Assembly: GCA_043826925.1 (NCBI GenBank)
Contig: JBDRPN010000002.1
Coordinates: forward strand, 23,840 to 87,839
Reading direction: 5' to 3'
Length of the DNA: 64,000 nucleotides
From: Pseudomonadota bacterium
GTDB taxonomy: Bacteria; Pseudomonadota; Gammaproteobacteria; Burkholderiales; Rhodocyclaceae
Shown: positions 9,431 to 18,835 of the stretch, one piece after another
Position numbering within the stretch: position 1 is the stretch's first letter
Layout of the letters: every line of letters begins with the position of its first letter
The notes under the pieces: model-generated
Database searches by the model: none
What the model saw: only the letters and a program-made list of their open reading frames with translations
Told to the model about the DNA's origin: nothing
Program-made: the position numbers and the translations under genes

Positions 9431-10095
9431 GTTCCGCAATTCCGTTTTCTGCGCAGCTCATCAATCTTTTCGCGGCGGTGATCCTGCTGCTGGCCTTCGC
9501 CATGCTGGCGCAGCGGCGGATACTGGCGCTGATCAACCTGTTCGCCCTGCAGGGGCTGACCCTGTGCCTGGCGACCCTGGTGGCGGCGGTGACCACCAGC
9601 CAGGTGCACCTGTATTACTCGGCCGGCCTCACGCTGCTGCTCAAGGTGCTGCTGCTGCCCTGGATCCTGCATCGGCTGGTGCGCAAGCTCAACGTCAAGA
9701 ACGAGGTCGAGGCGCTGATCAACATCCCGACCACCATGCTGGTGGGAATCGTGCTGGTCATGGTCGCCTTCAATGTCGCGCTGCCGATTTCGGAGCTGTC
9801 CCACACCATCACGCGCGGCACCCTGGGCATTGCGCTGGCAGTGGTGATGCTGGCCTTCCTGATGATGATCACGCGGCAGAAGGCCATCACCCAGGTGGTC
9901 GGTTTCCTGTCGATGGAAAACGGCCTGTTCCTCGCCGCCACCAGCGCCACCTACGGCATGCCGATGGTGGTCGAACTGGGCATCGCGCTCGACGTGCTGG
10001 TCGGCGTGATCATCCTGGGCGTGTTCTTCTTCCAGATCCGCGACCAGTTCGACAGTCTCGACATTCGCAACATGGAACAGCTGAAAGACAACTAG
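9427..10095 (+). CDS. hyfE: HyfE-like membrane subunit
   Basis: Overlaps hyfC stop; KVLLLPWIL, QVVGFLSMENG, ELGIALDVL. Confidence 0.88.
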   Translation: MSSAIPFSAQLINLFAAVILLLAFAMLAQRRILALINLFALQGLTLCLATLVAAVTTSQVHLYYSAGLTLLLKVLLLPWILHRLVRKLNVKNEVEALINIPTTMLVGIVLVMVAFNVALPISELSHTITRGTLGIALAVVMLAFLMMITRQKAITQVVGFLSMENGLFLAATSATYGMPMVVELGIALDVLVGVIILGVFFFQIRDQFDSLDIRNMEQLKDN

Positions 10096-10112
10096 AAGAT
10101 GAAGAACTTTTC

Positions 10113-10186
10113 ACCACAGAGACACAGAGACACAGAGGAAATCAAAAGCCTTTCTGCCTGTCTCTGTGTCTCTGTGTCTCTGTGGT
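10113..10186. repeat. Perfect 25-bp inverted repeat (ACCACAGAGACACAGAGACACAGAG) with 24-nt loop; REP-like
   Basis: Arms 10113-10137 and 10162-10186 are exact reverse complements, each built of ACAGAGAC-type tandem units; lies between hyfE and hyfF. Confidence 0.92.
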
Positions 10187-10214
10187 CAATGATTTTGATC
10201 GGCATCTAGCCAAT

Positions 10215-11666
10215 ATGGATTTCTTCGTTCTCATGCTCGCGATTCCCCTGGTCAGCGGCGCGCTGCTGACGGTGGTCGGCGAACGCGAGTGGGCGCCCAA
10301 CCTCAACATCATTGCCAGTCTCGGCACCTTTGCCGCGGCGGCCGGCCTGACCGTCGAGATCGTCGCCAGCGGTCCGCGCTTCGCCTTCGGCGAGCAATTC
10401 TTCATCGATTCGCTGAATGTGTTCTTCGTCGCGCTGACCGCCTTCGTCGGCCTGACCACCAGCATATTCTCCGGCCCCTACATGAAGAACGAGCGCGAGC
10501 ACGGCAAGCTCAGCGCACCGCGCCTGCGGCTCTACAAAAGCATGTACCAGCTCTTCATGTTCACCATGCTGGCGGCGCTGACCACCAACAATCTCGGCAT
10601 CCTCTGGGTCGCGATGGAAGCGGCGACGCTGACCACGGTGCTGCTGGTGTCGCTCTACCGCACGCCGGCCAGCCTGGAGGCGGCCTGGAAATACTTCATT
10701 CTGTGTGGCGTCGGCATCGCCCAGGCGCTGTTCGGTACCATCCTGCTCTACTTTGCCGCCGAGCGCGTGTTGGGCGAGTCCGGCAACGCGCTTTTGTGGA
10801 CCCACCTGATCGACGTCAAGGGCCAGCTCGAGCCGACCATCATGGCCCTGTCCTTCATTTTTCTGCTGGTCGGCTACGGCACCAAGGTGGGTCTTGCGCC
10901 GCTGCACAACTGGCTGCCAGATGCCCACGCCGAAGGCCCGACGCCGGTCTCGGCGGTGCTTTCGGGCCTGCTGCTGAACGTCGCGCTCTACGCCATCCTG
11001 CGCTGCAAGGTACTGGCCGACGGCGCCATTCCCGGAAATTTCGCCGGCAACCTGATGATGGGCTTCGGCCTGTTCACGCTGCTCGTTGCGGCCTTCTTCC
11101 TGTCGCGGCAGAAGGATGTCAAGCGCATGTTCGCGTATTCCTCGATCGAGCACATGGGCCTCATCACCTTCGCCTTTGGCATGGGCGGTCCGGTGGCCAA
11201 TTTCGCCGGCCTCTTGCACATGACCATGCATTCGCTGACCAAATCGGCGATCTTCTTCGCCGTCGGCCATGCCACGCAGAAGACCGGCACCCAGTTGATG
11301 GAGAACATCCGCGGCCTGATCAAGATCAATCCGCTGATCGGCTGGGGGCTGATGCTCGGAACGCTGGCCATTCTTGGCATGCCGCCCTTCGGCGTCTTCG
11401 CCAGCGAATTCATGATCCTCACCCATGCCATGAAATACCACCCGTGGGCGACGCCGATCCTGCTGCTGGGGCTGGGCGTGGCTTTCGCCGCGATCTTCGG
11501 CAAGGTCCAGCCCATGGTGTTCGGCGAGACCGAGGCCAAGCGCCTGCCGCATGCGCCGGCCATCACGCCGGTGTTCCTGCATCTGGGCATCGTGTTGACA
11601 TTGGGACTCTATATTCCGCCCTATCTGACGCGCTGGTTCCACGAAGCCTCGCGCATGCTCGGCTAG
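10215..11666 (+). CDS. hyfF: HyfF-like antiporter subunit (NuoN/MrpD family)
   Basis: LWVAMEAATLTT, EAAWKYFILCGVG, GYGTKVGLAPLHNWLPDAHAEGPTPVSAVLSG, KRMFAYSSIEHMG. Confidence 0.9.
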   Translation: MDFFVLMLAIPLVSGALLTVVGEREWAPNLNIIASLGTFAAAAGLTVEIVASGPRFAFGEQFFIDSLNVFFVALTAFVGLTTSIFSGPYMKNEREHGKLSAPRLRLYKSMYQLFMFTMLAALTTNNLGILWVAMEAATLTTVLLVSLYRTPASLEAAWKYFILCGVGIAQALFGTILLYFAAERVLGESGNALLWTHLIDVKGQLEPTIMALSFIFLLVGYGTKVGLAPLHNWLPDAHAEGPTPVSAVLSGLLLNVALYAILRCKVLADGAIPGNFAGNLMMGFGLFTLLVAAFFLSRQKDVKRMFAYSSIEHMGLITFAFGMGGPVANFAGLLHMTMHSLTKSAIFFAVGHATQKTGTQLMENIRGLIKINPLIGWGLMLGTLAILGMPPFGVFASEFMILTHAMKYHPWATPILLLGLGVAFAAIFGKVQPMVFGETEAKRLPHAPAITPVFLHLGIVLTLGLYIPPYLTRWFHEASRMLG

Positions 11667-11681
11667 GGTCTGTTCACAACC

Positions 11682-13307
11682 ATGATCTTCCACGCCGAAC
11701 CCATCGAATTCGTCCGCCAGCCAGGGCCAGGCGCCCCGGTGTGGCGCGGCCGCGCCGCGGACGGCGAAGACATGCTGCGCTTCGCGATTTCCGTCCATCG
11801 CCACCAGGGCCGCCTAGCCGCGCTGTGGGGCGAGGATAGGCGGCAGCAGGGCGCCGGCTATCGCCTGCATTGCGTGTTCGCCCTCGACGAGGGCTGGCCC
11901 TGGCTCAGCCTCGACCTGGCGGCCGAGGGTGACCAGTGCCCGGTCTATCCCGACCTGTCCGGCATTTTTCCGGCGGCGAATCGCATGCAGCGCGCCACCC
12001 GCGACCTGGTCGGCATCGCCAGCGACGGCAGCGACCAGCGGCCCTGGCTGCGCCACGGCGCCTGGCCGGCGGACTGGTATCCGCTGCGACACGATGCCGA
12101 AGCGGAAAAAGGGGCCAGGCTCGAATTTAACGAATCCAAAAATTCGAGCCTGGCCCCTTTTTCAGCCGGCTTCGACAATTTCCCCAGCGACTACGAGTTC
12201 GTCAAGGTCGGCGGCGAGGGCGCCCACGAAATTCCGGTCGGCCCGATCCATGCGGGCATCATCGAGCCCGGCCATTTCCGCTTCTCGGTCGTCGGCGAGC
12301 GCGTGCTGCGCCTGGAGCAGCGGCTGGGGTACCAGCACAAGGGCGTCGAGAAGCTGTTCATCGGCGCCGACCTCGCGCATGGCGCGCGTGTGGTCGGCCG
12401 CGTCTCCGGTGATTCGACCTGCGCCTACGCCTGGGCCTATGCCGACGCGGTGGAGTCCGCGTGCCGCGTCGAGCCGCCGCCGCGGGCCCTGATGCTGCGT
12501 GCGCTGATGCTCGAGCGCGAGCGCGTCGCCAATCATCTGGGCGACCTCGGTGCGCTGGGCAACGACGCCGCCTTTGCCTTCGGCCTGACCCAGTTCATGC
12601 GCCTCAAGGAAGACTGGCTGCGCCTGAACCAGCAGATGTTCGGTCACCGCTTCATGATGGATCGCATCGTGCCGGGCGGCGTCGTCATGGACGTCGACGC
12701 CGGTGCGCTTGGCGCGATGGTCGAACAGTGCGGAGTGGTGCGTGGCGAAGTCAGGAAACTGTGCAAACTCTATGACGAACACGCCGGCCTGCAGGATCGT
12801 TTCGCCACCACCGGCGCGCTCGACGCCACCCTGGCACGCGAGCTGTCGCTGTCCGGCATGGCCGCCCGTGCCAGCGGCATCCTGCTCGACGGCCGCGCCC
12901 ACCGCCAGGGCTACACGCCGCCGGCGCCCTATGCCCAACTCGGCGTGCGTCCGGTCACCGACGAGCGCGGCGACGTGGCCGCGCGCGTCGCCGTGCGCTT
13001 CGGCGAGATTTACGAATCGCTGCGCCTGTTGCGCGAAATCGCGCTCGGCCTGCCGGGCGGTGTGATCCGGGTCGAAGTCGCGCCGACCGGCGACGCCAGC
13101 GGCCTCGGCGTGATCGAAGGCTGGCGCGGCGAGGTGTTGGTCGGCGTCCAGTTCGCCGGCGACGGCAGGCTGGCCCGGGTGCATCCGCACGACCCGTCAT
13201 GGCAGGCCTGGCCGGCGCTGGAACACGCGGTGCTCAAGGACATCGTTCCCGACTTCCCGCTGATCAACAAGTCCTTCAACTTGTCTTATTCCGGAGTCGA
13301 TCTGTGA
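11682..13307 (+). CDS. HyfG/HycE-like large subunit (NuoC+NuoD-like) lacking NiFe ligands; EhrL-type
   Basis: VGPIHAGIIEPGHFRFSVVGE, YQHKGVEK, ERERVANHLGD, EGWRGE; L1 site reads RVSGDST and C-terminus reads DFPLINKSFNLSYSGVDL, with no CxxC pairs. Confidence 0.88.
   Translation: MIFHAEPIEFVRQPGPGAPVWRGRAADGEDMLRFAISVHRHQGRLAALWGEDRRQQGAGYRLHCVFALDEGWPWLSLDLAAEGDQCPVYPDLSGIFPAANRMQRATRDLVGIASDGSDQRPWLRHGAWPADWYPLRHDAEAEKGARLEFNESKNSSLAPFSAGFDNFPSDYEFVKVGGEGAHEIPVGPIHAGIIEPGHFRFSVVGERVLRLEQRLGYQHKGVEKLFIGADLAHGARVVGRVSGDSTCAYAWAYADAVESACRVEPPPRALMLRALMLERERVANHLGDLGALGNDAAFAFGLTQFMRLKEDWLRLNQQMFGHRFMMDRIVPGGVVMDVDAGALGAMVEQCGVVRGEVRKLCKLYDEHAGLQDRFATTGALDATLARELSLSGMAARASGILLDGRAHRQGYTPPAPYAQLGVRPVTDERGDVAARVAVRFGEIYESLRLLREIALGLPGGVIRVEVAPTGDASGLGVIEGWRGEVLVGVQFAGDGRLARVHPHDPSWQAWPALEHAVLKDIVPDFPLINKSFNLSYSGVDL
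12105..12163. repeat. Perfect 24-bp inverted repeat inside the large-subunit CDS
   Basis: gaaaaaggggccaggctcgaattt (12105-12128) / aaattcgagcctggccccttttt-c (12140-12163), 11-nt loop; reading frame stays open. Confidence 0.9.
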
Positions 13308-13816
13308 TCCCGCTTCTGCGCCACATCTTCCGCACCGGCATTCTGACCGAGCCCATGCCCGAAGCCGAGGGCGGGCCGCAGCGCGAGATCGACCGGCTGC
13401 ACGACGAGATCCTGAATGTGCTCGGCCGCGCCCTGACCATACGTGAGGTCGATGCCGGTTCCTGCAACGGCTGCGAGCTGGAGATCCACGCCCTCAACAA
13501 TCCCTATTACAACCTCGAAGGCCGCGGCATCAAGTTCGTCGCCAGTCCGCGCCATGCCGACATGCTGCTGGTGACCGGGCCGGTGACGCGGAACATGGAA
13601 AATGCGCTGCGCATCGCCTACGACTGCACGCCCGATCCCAAGCTGGTCGTGGCGGTGGGCGACTGCGGCTGCAACGGCGGGGTGTTCGGCGAGAGCTATG
13701 CGAGTTGCGGCGCGGTGGACAACGTGGTCGGCGTCGACCTGCGCATTCCCGGCTGTCCGCCGACGCCGCTGGCCCTGATGCAGGGCATCCTGGCGGCGAT
13801 ACGCACCACGAAGTAG
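13304..13816 (+). CDS. HyfI/HycG (NuoB-like) Fe-S small subunit; EhrS-type
   Basis: GTGA overlap; GSCNGCELE, SPRHADMLLVTGP, AVGDCGCNGG, IPGCPP. Confidence 0.88.
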   Translation: MIPLLRHIFRTGILTEPMPEAEGGPQREIDRLHDEILNVLGRALTIREVDAGSCNGCELEIHALNNPYYNLEGRGIKFVASPRHADMLLVTGPVTRNMENALRIAYDCTPDPKLVVAVGDCGCNGGVFGESYASCGAVDNVVGVDLRIPGCPPTPLALMQGILAAIRTTK

Positions 13817-13899
13817 CCGCGCAAGAGTTGCCGCTGATGAAGCACCTGCGCAGCAAGGCGGTCGAGCAAAGTACGCTCTCCTCGCCGCTGCGGATGGTA

Positions 13900-15087
13900 C
13901 TACGGCGAAGCGTCGAGCAGCGCCGACCGATCCAGCGCCTTCGCATCGCTGACGCCGCACAGCGCCAGGGCCACGGCCATTTCGCTCTTCATCACCGACA
14001 ACATGTGGGCCACGCCGGCTTCGCCGCGCGCGGCGACGGCGTAACCCCAGGCGCGGCCGAGCATGCAGGCCCTGGCGCCCAGCGCCAGCGCCTTGACCAC
14101 GTCGAGTCCGCTCCTGACGCCGCCGTCCAGCAGCACTTCAAGCTTTTCGCCGACCGCATCGACGATGCGCGGCAAGGCATCGACGCTGGCCGCGACGCTG
14201 TCGAGCTGGCGTCCGCCGTGGTTGGAGACGACGATGCCGTCGGCCCCCGCAGCCGCCGCCAGGCGCGCGTCGTCCACGTCGAGGATGCCCTTGAGCAGGA
14301 TCTTGCCCGGCCAGTTCTCGCGCACCCAGTCCAGGTCGGCCCAGGTGATGCGCGGGTCGAACTGGCTATCGACCCAGGCTTTGAAGGCCGGCAGGCTGTG
14401 TGCATCGGGCACCGCCATGGTCAGGTTGCCGAACATCAGCGGTTTGCCGCGGATGGCGACGTCGAGCAGCCAGCGCGGATGCGATGCCAGGTCCCAGGCC
14501 TTGGCCATTTTGCCCCCGGGCGACAGGCCGCCGCCCATGCCGTTGCGGATGTCGCGGTAGCGCGCACCCATCACCGCGAGGTCGACGGTCAGCACCAGCA
14601 CCGGGCAGCCGGCGGCCTGCGCCCGGGCCATCAGCTCCCTGGCGTAGCCGCGGTCGCGCATGACATAAAGCTGGTACCAGAAAGGCGCCGCGGTGGCGGC
14701 ACGCACCTCCTCGATCGAGCAGATGGACACCGTCGATTCGCAGAAGGGCACGCCGGCGCCTTCGGCGGCGCGCGCCGCCTGTACCTCGGCACGGCGCGCC
14801 ATGACGCCGGCCAGGCCGAGCGGGGCGAGCACCAGCGGCAGCGCCAAGTCCTGGCCCAGCACGCGGGTGGCCAAGTTCAACTGCGAGACGTCGCGCATCA
14901 CGCGCTGGCGCAGGCGCAGGCGCCGGAAGGCCTGCTGGTTCTCCTGCGCGGTGATCTCCTCATAGGCGGCGCCGTCGAGGTAGTCGAACAGGTGGCGCGG
15001 CAGCCGCCGGCGCGCCAGTTCGCGGTAGTCGCCCGCCGTGGCCGGCGCCAGTCCGAGTCCGCAAGTTTCGTTGTCGTTCGCGCTCAT
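13900..15087 (-). CDS. lldD: FMN-dependent alpha-hydroxy acid (L-lactate) dehydrogenase
   Basis: FDYLDGAAYEE, WYQLYVMRDR, LTVDL, LKGILDVDDA, SNHGGRQLD, DGGVRSGLD. Confidence 0.88.
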   Translation of the reverse strand: MSANDNETCGLGLAPATAGDYRELARRRLPRHLFDYLDGAAYEEITAQENQQAFRRLRLRQRVMRDVSQLNLATRVLGQDLALPLVLAPLGLAGVMARRAEVQAARAAEGAGVPFCESTVSICSIEEVRAATAAPFWYQLYVMRDRGYARELMARAQAAGCPVLVLTVDLAVMGARYRDIRNGMGGGLSPGGKMAKAWDLASHPRWLLDVAIRGKPLMFGNLTMAVPDAHSLPAFKAWVDSQFDPRITWADLDWVRENWPGKILLKGILDVDDARLAAAAGADGIVVSNHGGRQLDSVAASVDALPRIVDAVGEKLEVLLDGGVRSGLDVVKALALGARACMLGRAWGYAVAARGEAGVAHMLSVMKSEMAVALALCGVSDAKALDRSALLDASP

Positions 15088-15141
15088 CTACGAGATCCTC
15101 GATTCATTCTGCCGGCAAGCCGTTTGGTGCCACGCAGCCCG

Positions 15142-16266
15142 TCATTCCCTGGCCAGGGCCGTGCCGCAGCTTCCTTCCTGGAATCGCCTGGCATCCTCCA
15201 CCATGGCTTCCGAAAAGAACTGGTAAGTGCTCTTGCCCATCTGCTTGGCGTGGTACATCGCCAGGTCGGCGTTGCGCAGCGCGCTATCGATATCCGTCGC
15301 GGACTGCGGAATCATGCAGATGCCGATGCTGAATCCGATGTGCGCCGGGGCGCCGCCGGTAGCGAAGGGTTCGGCGGCAATTCGCACCAGGTTTGCCGCA
15401 ACGCGCTCGACATCTTCGGCGATCGCGGTGTCGCTCAATATCACGGCAAACTCGTCGCCGCCGATGCGCGCGACGATATCGGCGCCGCGCAGCGCCCTTT
15501 CCAGCCGCACACCGACGGCTTTCAGCACCGCATCGCCGACCTGGTGGCCGAACTGGTCATTGACCGTCTTGAAACCGTCGACATCGATGTAAAGCAGGGC
15601 TGATCCGCCGCCGTTGCGCGCGTGACGCTGCAGCGCCTGGGCCAGGCTCAGCTCGAAGGCATGGCGATTGGGCAGCCCGGTAACCCGGTCGTACAGCGCC
15701 ATGCGCTCGATCTCGTTTTCCGCCGCGATCATCTGCATGCGCATCTTGCGGCTGGCATAGGTTCCGAGCACGGCGGAAGCGGTCAGGATCAACAGCATGC
15801 TGCCGAAAACCCGGCCGAGTTCGCCATACAGATCACGCAACGAGGCGCGCAAGGCAATGCTGCCGACGACCCGTCCCTCCAGGTGCACGGGAAGCGTCAG
15901 GCGCAGATCGACGAATGACAACACATGCCCCGCGGCCGGGGCCTCCTCACCGAGCTGGCGTTGCGCTTCCGGGCGCTGGAAGCGTGCCATCAGGCTGCCG
16001 TTGGCGCGATAGACGGCAGCCTCGATGATGATCGGCGATGCGTCGGCGGTGCCGATGATCTCCGCGGCCGTGCGGCTGTCTTCGAACACGATGGCTGCCG
16101 TGAGATTGGCGCCCAGCAGGCGTGCCTGCATCGTCAGGTTGTTCTGCAGGTGCTCGCGCAGGCTGTGGGCGTGGTAGCCAAGCAGCATCAGCAGGGCAAT
16201 CAGCAGGGCACTGCCGGTCGACACCAGACTGAGTCGCCAGTAGTTGAGCAGGCGGGTATGGGTCAT
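15142..16266 (-). CDS. Membrane diguanylate cyclase (YfiN-like) with periplasmic sensor domain
   Basis: Two TM segments flanking a periplasmic domain; YDRVTGLPNR, FKTVNDQFGHQVGD, intact GGDEF and RxxD (RGAD) I-site. Confidence 0.9.
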   Translation of the reverse strand: MTHTRLLNYWRLSLVSTGSALLIALLMLLGYHAHSLREHLQNNLTMQARLLGANLTAAIVFEDSRTAAEIIGTADASPIIIEAAVYRANGSLMARFQRPEAQRQLGEEAPAAGHVLSFVDLRLTLPVHLEGRVVGSIALRASLRDLYGELGRVFGSMLLILTASAVLGTYASRKMRMQMIAAENEIERMALYDRVTGLPNRHAFELSLAQALQRHARNGGGSALLYIDVDGFKTVNDQFGHQVGDAVLKAVGVRLERALRGADIVARIGGDEFAVILSDTAIAEDVERVAANLVRIAAEPFATGGAPAHIGFSIGICMIPQSATDIDSALRNADLAMYHAKQMGKSTYQFFSEAMVEDARRFQEGSCGTALARE

Positions 16267-16270
16267 GCAC

Positions 16271-16804
16271 TCACTCGATCAAGGTGCGTGCAAGTTTCAG
16301 AATCTTGGAACTCGGTGCGAGGCCGCTCTTTTTCATCGCGCCATAGTTGATGTCGAAGGTCACGCGTCCGCCATCGGTATGCAGGCCGATCATGGCGCCG
16401 CGGTCGACGGCGTTGCTTCCCTCGGCGATCACCAGCAATGCGCGGGTGCGGGCCAACGCACCGAGTCGTGCGAGGAGGCCGGCGTTGCCGGCTTCCACCA
16501 TCACTGCGGCACAACGGTCGAGCTCCTCGGGCGTGGTTCCGCTGCGCTGGACGGTAAGCGCCTGCCCCAGCACCTTCTTGCCGTCATGGCGACGCAAGGC
16601 CATGGTCAAAGCGCCTTCGTCCAGCACGCACAAGTGAAAGCCGGCCGACGTCGCCTGTGGCGGCCACTGGACAAACAGCAGCAAATTGTAGATTACCGCT
16701 GCCTTGACCTCGTTTTCGTCAGCCCGTTCAGCGGCCCATGCCGCATGGCAGGGCAAGGCCAGCAGCAATGCCGGCAGCATCGTCCGGCACAGCCGCCGCC
16801 ACAT
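16271..16804 (-). CDS. yfiR: YfiR (DUF4154) family periplasmic protein
   Basis: Signal peptide; EVKAAVIYNLLLFVQWP, GRVTFDIN, SSKILKLA; start trimmed to ATG 16804. Confidence 0.85.
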   Translation of the reverse strand: MWRRLCRTMLPALLLALPCHAAWAAERADENEVKAAVIYNLLLFVQWPPQATSAGFHLCVLDEGALTMALRRHDGKKVLGQALTVQRSGTTPEELDRCAAVMVEAGNAGLLARLGALARTRALLVIAEGSNAVDRGAMIGLHTDGGRVTFDINYGAMKKSGLAPSSKILKLARTLIE

Positions 16805-18765
16805 CAGATCTCCAGTTCCCAGCGCAGGCGCCACTGTCGCCCGTCGCGTTCGAGGGTATCTATCGGTGCGTTTTCCGGACCGACCGGGTCGCGATAACGT
16901 GTGTCCCCCAGGTTGTATATGCCCAGGCTCCATTGGCCATAGCGGCGCTGCTGCGCCTGGCGCAGCACCAGATTGCCGGTGACATAGCCGGCGACGTCGC
17001 CCTGCAGGCTGCGGCGTGGGCCGACTGCCTGCAGATTGAGGCCCAGCGTCGCGCCTAGCGCGGCGAGCGGTCCGTCGACCAGCAGCTTGCCCAGGCGCCG
17101 CGGCGAATTGACTGCTTCGCCACCGGGCTGGGTGATAGCCTGCCAGGCCAGGCTGCCGCGCACGCGCCAGCCGCCGTCGAGCAGGGTTTCGAAATCGGTT
17201 TCCCAGCCGCGCGCCGAGAGTTGGTCGCGGTTGCGGAACACCAGCAGGCCGTCCGCAGGGTCGGTTTCCTGGTCGATCAGGTCGCGTAGCGTGTATTGAT
17301 AGTGGCCGACGCCAAGGCGCAGTCTCGGCGTCGGCGTGTAGTCGAGCGCGAGCTCGCGGGTGCGGATGCGCTCGGGCTTCAGGTCGGGATTTCCCTTCTG
17401 CGAAAACCCGCTGTCCCCATAATGGCGTTCGTAGTCGTTGGGAGCGCGGAAGGCGCGACCGCCCATCAGCTTGACGGTGATATCGTCGCGCGGATGCCAG
17501 ATCAGTGCCCCGCGCGGCGAGACGATCGAGGGCGCGGTACTTTGGCTATCGATGCGCAGGCCCAGATTGGCTAGCCAGCCCGGCGCGATGCGCCATTCGT
17601 CCTGCACGAAAATCGCCGCGGTGCGGCCTCGGTGGCGGTCGTCGAGGTAGTCGAAGCGGGGATCGAGGTCGAAGTTGCGCTGCTCCAGGCGCACGTAGCT
17701 GCGCGCTTCGATGCCGGCGAGCAGGCGGTGATTGCGCCAGCCGGTCCAGGTCAGTTGCCATTCGCCGCTCCACCAGTCGGCGCGCGCTTCGTCGCGGTTG
17801 GTGGCCGGGTACGGAAATTCGCCGTCGAACGCGTAGCGGCCGAAATGCACGCGCAACTGATGGTCCAGCGCCTCGGCCAGGGTCGAGGTCCGCGCCAGGT
17901 CGACGTGATATTCGGTCTCCTGCACGAAGTTGCCCGGCGCGTCGAACACGGTAGTGTAGTAGGCCGTGGGGACATCCTTGCGGCGTCGCGAGAAGGTCGC
18001 GCTGCCGCGCCAGTTTTCCCAACTGCCCTTGAATATGGCCTTGAGGTAGCGCTCGCCGTCGAGCTGGTGCGCAATGCCGTCGCCGACCCCCGGCGCGTCG
18101 TACTCAGCGAAATAGAGATCGTGGCCGTCGCGCTGGTAGGCGCTGACGCCGGCCACCCAGTCGAGGCCGGCGGCGCTGCGGCCGCCCGAAAGCAGGCTGG
18201 TGCGGCGTCCGCTGCCGTCGCTGGCATCGAGCGAAACGCGGCTGCCGTTGAGATCGGCGCCGGTCCATAGCACCGCATTGACGATGCCGAACAGGGCATT
18301 GCCGCCATAGCTGGCGGACGAGGGGCCGGGCACGAATTCGAGACGCTTGATCCAGTCGATGTCGAGCGGGGCTTCGTTGCCGATCATCGCCTGGTCGTAG
18401 ATCGGATCGTTGCTGCGTGCGCCATCCACCAGCAGCAGGAAGCGCGAGTTGTAGTCGCCGGGCCGGCTGAAACCGCGCACACCGAGGTAGGCGTAGCCGC
18501 GGTCGTGGCTGGTGTAGACGCCGCGCGCCGACTGCAGCGCCTCGCCGATGTTGCGGAAGCCGAAGCGGCGCATGTCCTCGGCGGGAATCACCGTGGCGGT
18601 GGAGGGCGCTTCCGACAGCGGTTGCGCATAACGCGAGGCGCCCTGTACCTCGACCCCCAGCAGATCCTCCAGCTTCATGCCGGAGACATCATCCGCCGCA
18701 AGGAGCGCCGCCGGCATCCCGCAGGTCACGATGAGCCCCACCGAAAGTATCAGCCTGAATTGCAT
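16804..18765 (-). CDS. TonB-dependent outer-membrane receptor
   Basis: Signal peptide; plug motifs APSTATVI, VRGFSRPGDYNSRFLLLVDG, IKRLEFVPGPSSASYG; NPDLKPE; terminal beta-strand LRWELEI. Confidence 0.9.
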   Translation of the reverse strand: MQFRLILSVGLIVTCGMPAALLAADDVSGMKLEDLLGVEVQGASRYAQPLSEAPSTATVIPAEDMRRFGFRNIGEALQSARGVYTSHDRGYAYLGVRGFSRPGDYNSRFLLLVDGARSNDPIYDQAMIGNEAPLDIDWIKRLEFVPGPSSASYGGNALFGIVNAVLWTGADLNGSRVSLDASDGSGRRTSLLSGGRSAAGLDWVAGVSAYQRDGHDLYFAEYDAPGVGDGIAHQLDGERYLKAIFKGSWENWRGSATFSRRRKDVPTAYYTTVFDAPGNFVQETEYHVDLARTSTLAEALDHQLRVHFGRYAFDGEFPYPATNRDEARADWWSGEWQLTWTGWRNHRLLAGIEARSYVRLEQRNFDLDPRFDYLDDRHRGRTAAIFVQDEWRIAPGWLANLGLRIDSQSTAPSIVSPRGALIWHPRDDITVKLMGGRAFRAPNDYERHYGDSGFSQKGNPDLKPERIRTRELALDYTPTPRLRLGVGHYQYTLRDLIDQETDPADGLLVFRNRDQLSARGWETDFETLLDGGWRVRGSLAWQAITQPGGEAVNSPRRLGKLLVDGPLAALGATLGLNLQAVGPRRSLQGDVAGYVTGNLVLRQAQQRRYGQWSLGIYNLGDTRYRDPVGPENAPIDTLERDGRQWRLRWELEI

Positions 18766-18835
18766 GCGCGTGGTCCGAACGATTGCTTCCCCAGGACGCC
18801 GATACTACCCTCTTTCGCGCGATATGCAGAGCGGC

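Noticed and set aside
10113-10186. Tandem ACAGAGAC units as a possible CRISPR or VNTR
   Set aside because: No spacers and no cas genes; it is a single hairpin.
9564-10214. Apparent 217-aa N-terminal extension of HyfF
   Set aside because: It is an alternative frame of hyfE plus the translated palindrome (TTETQRHRG); no evidence of a real fusion.
11663-11678. CTAGGGTCTGTTCACA resembling an IS5-family/MITE end at the hyfF stop
   Set aside because: Only 16 bp, with no partner inverted end or transposase found.
13817-15087. lldD-like oxidase as the electron donor for the Ehr complex
   Set aside because: It is convergent and belongs to a different transcription unit; adjacency alone is not evidence.
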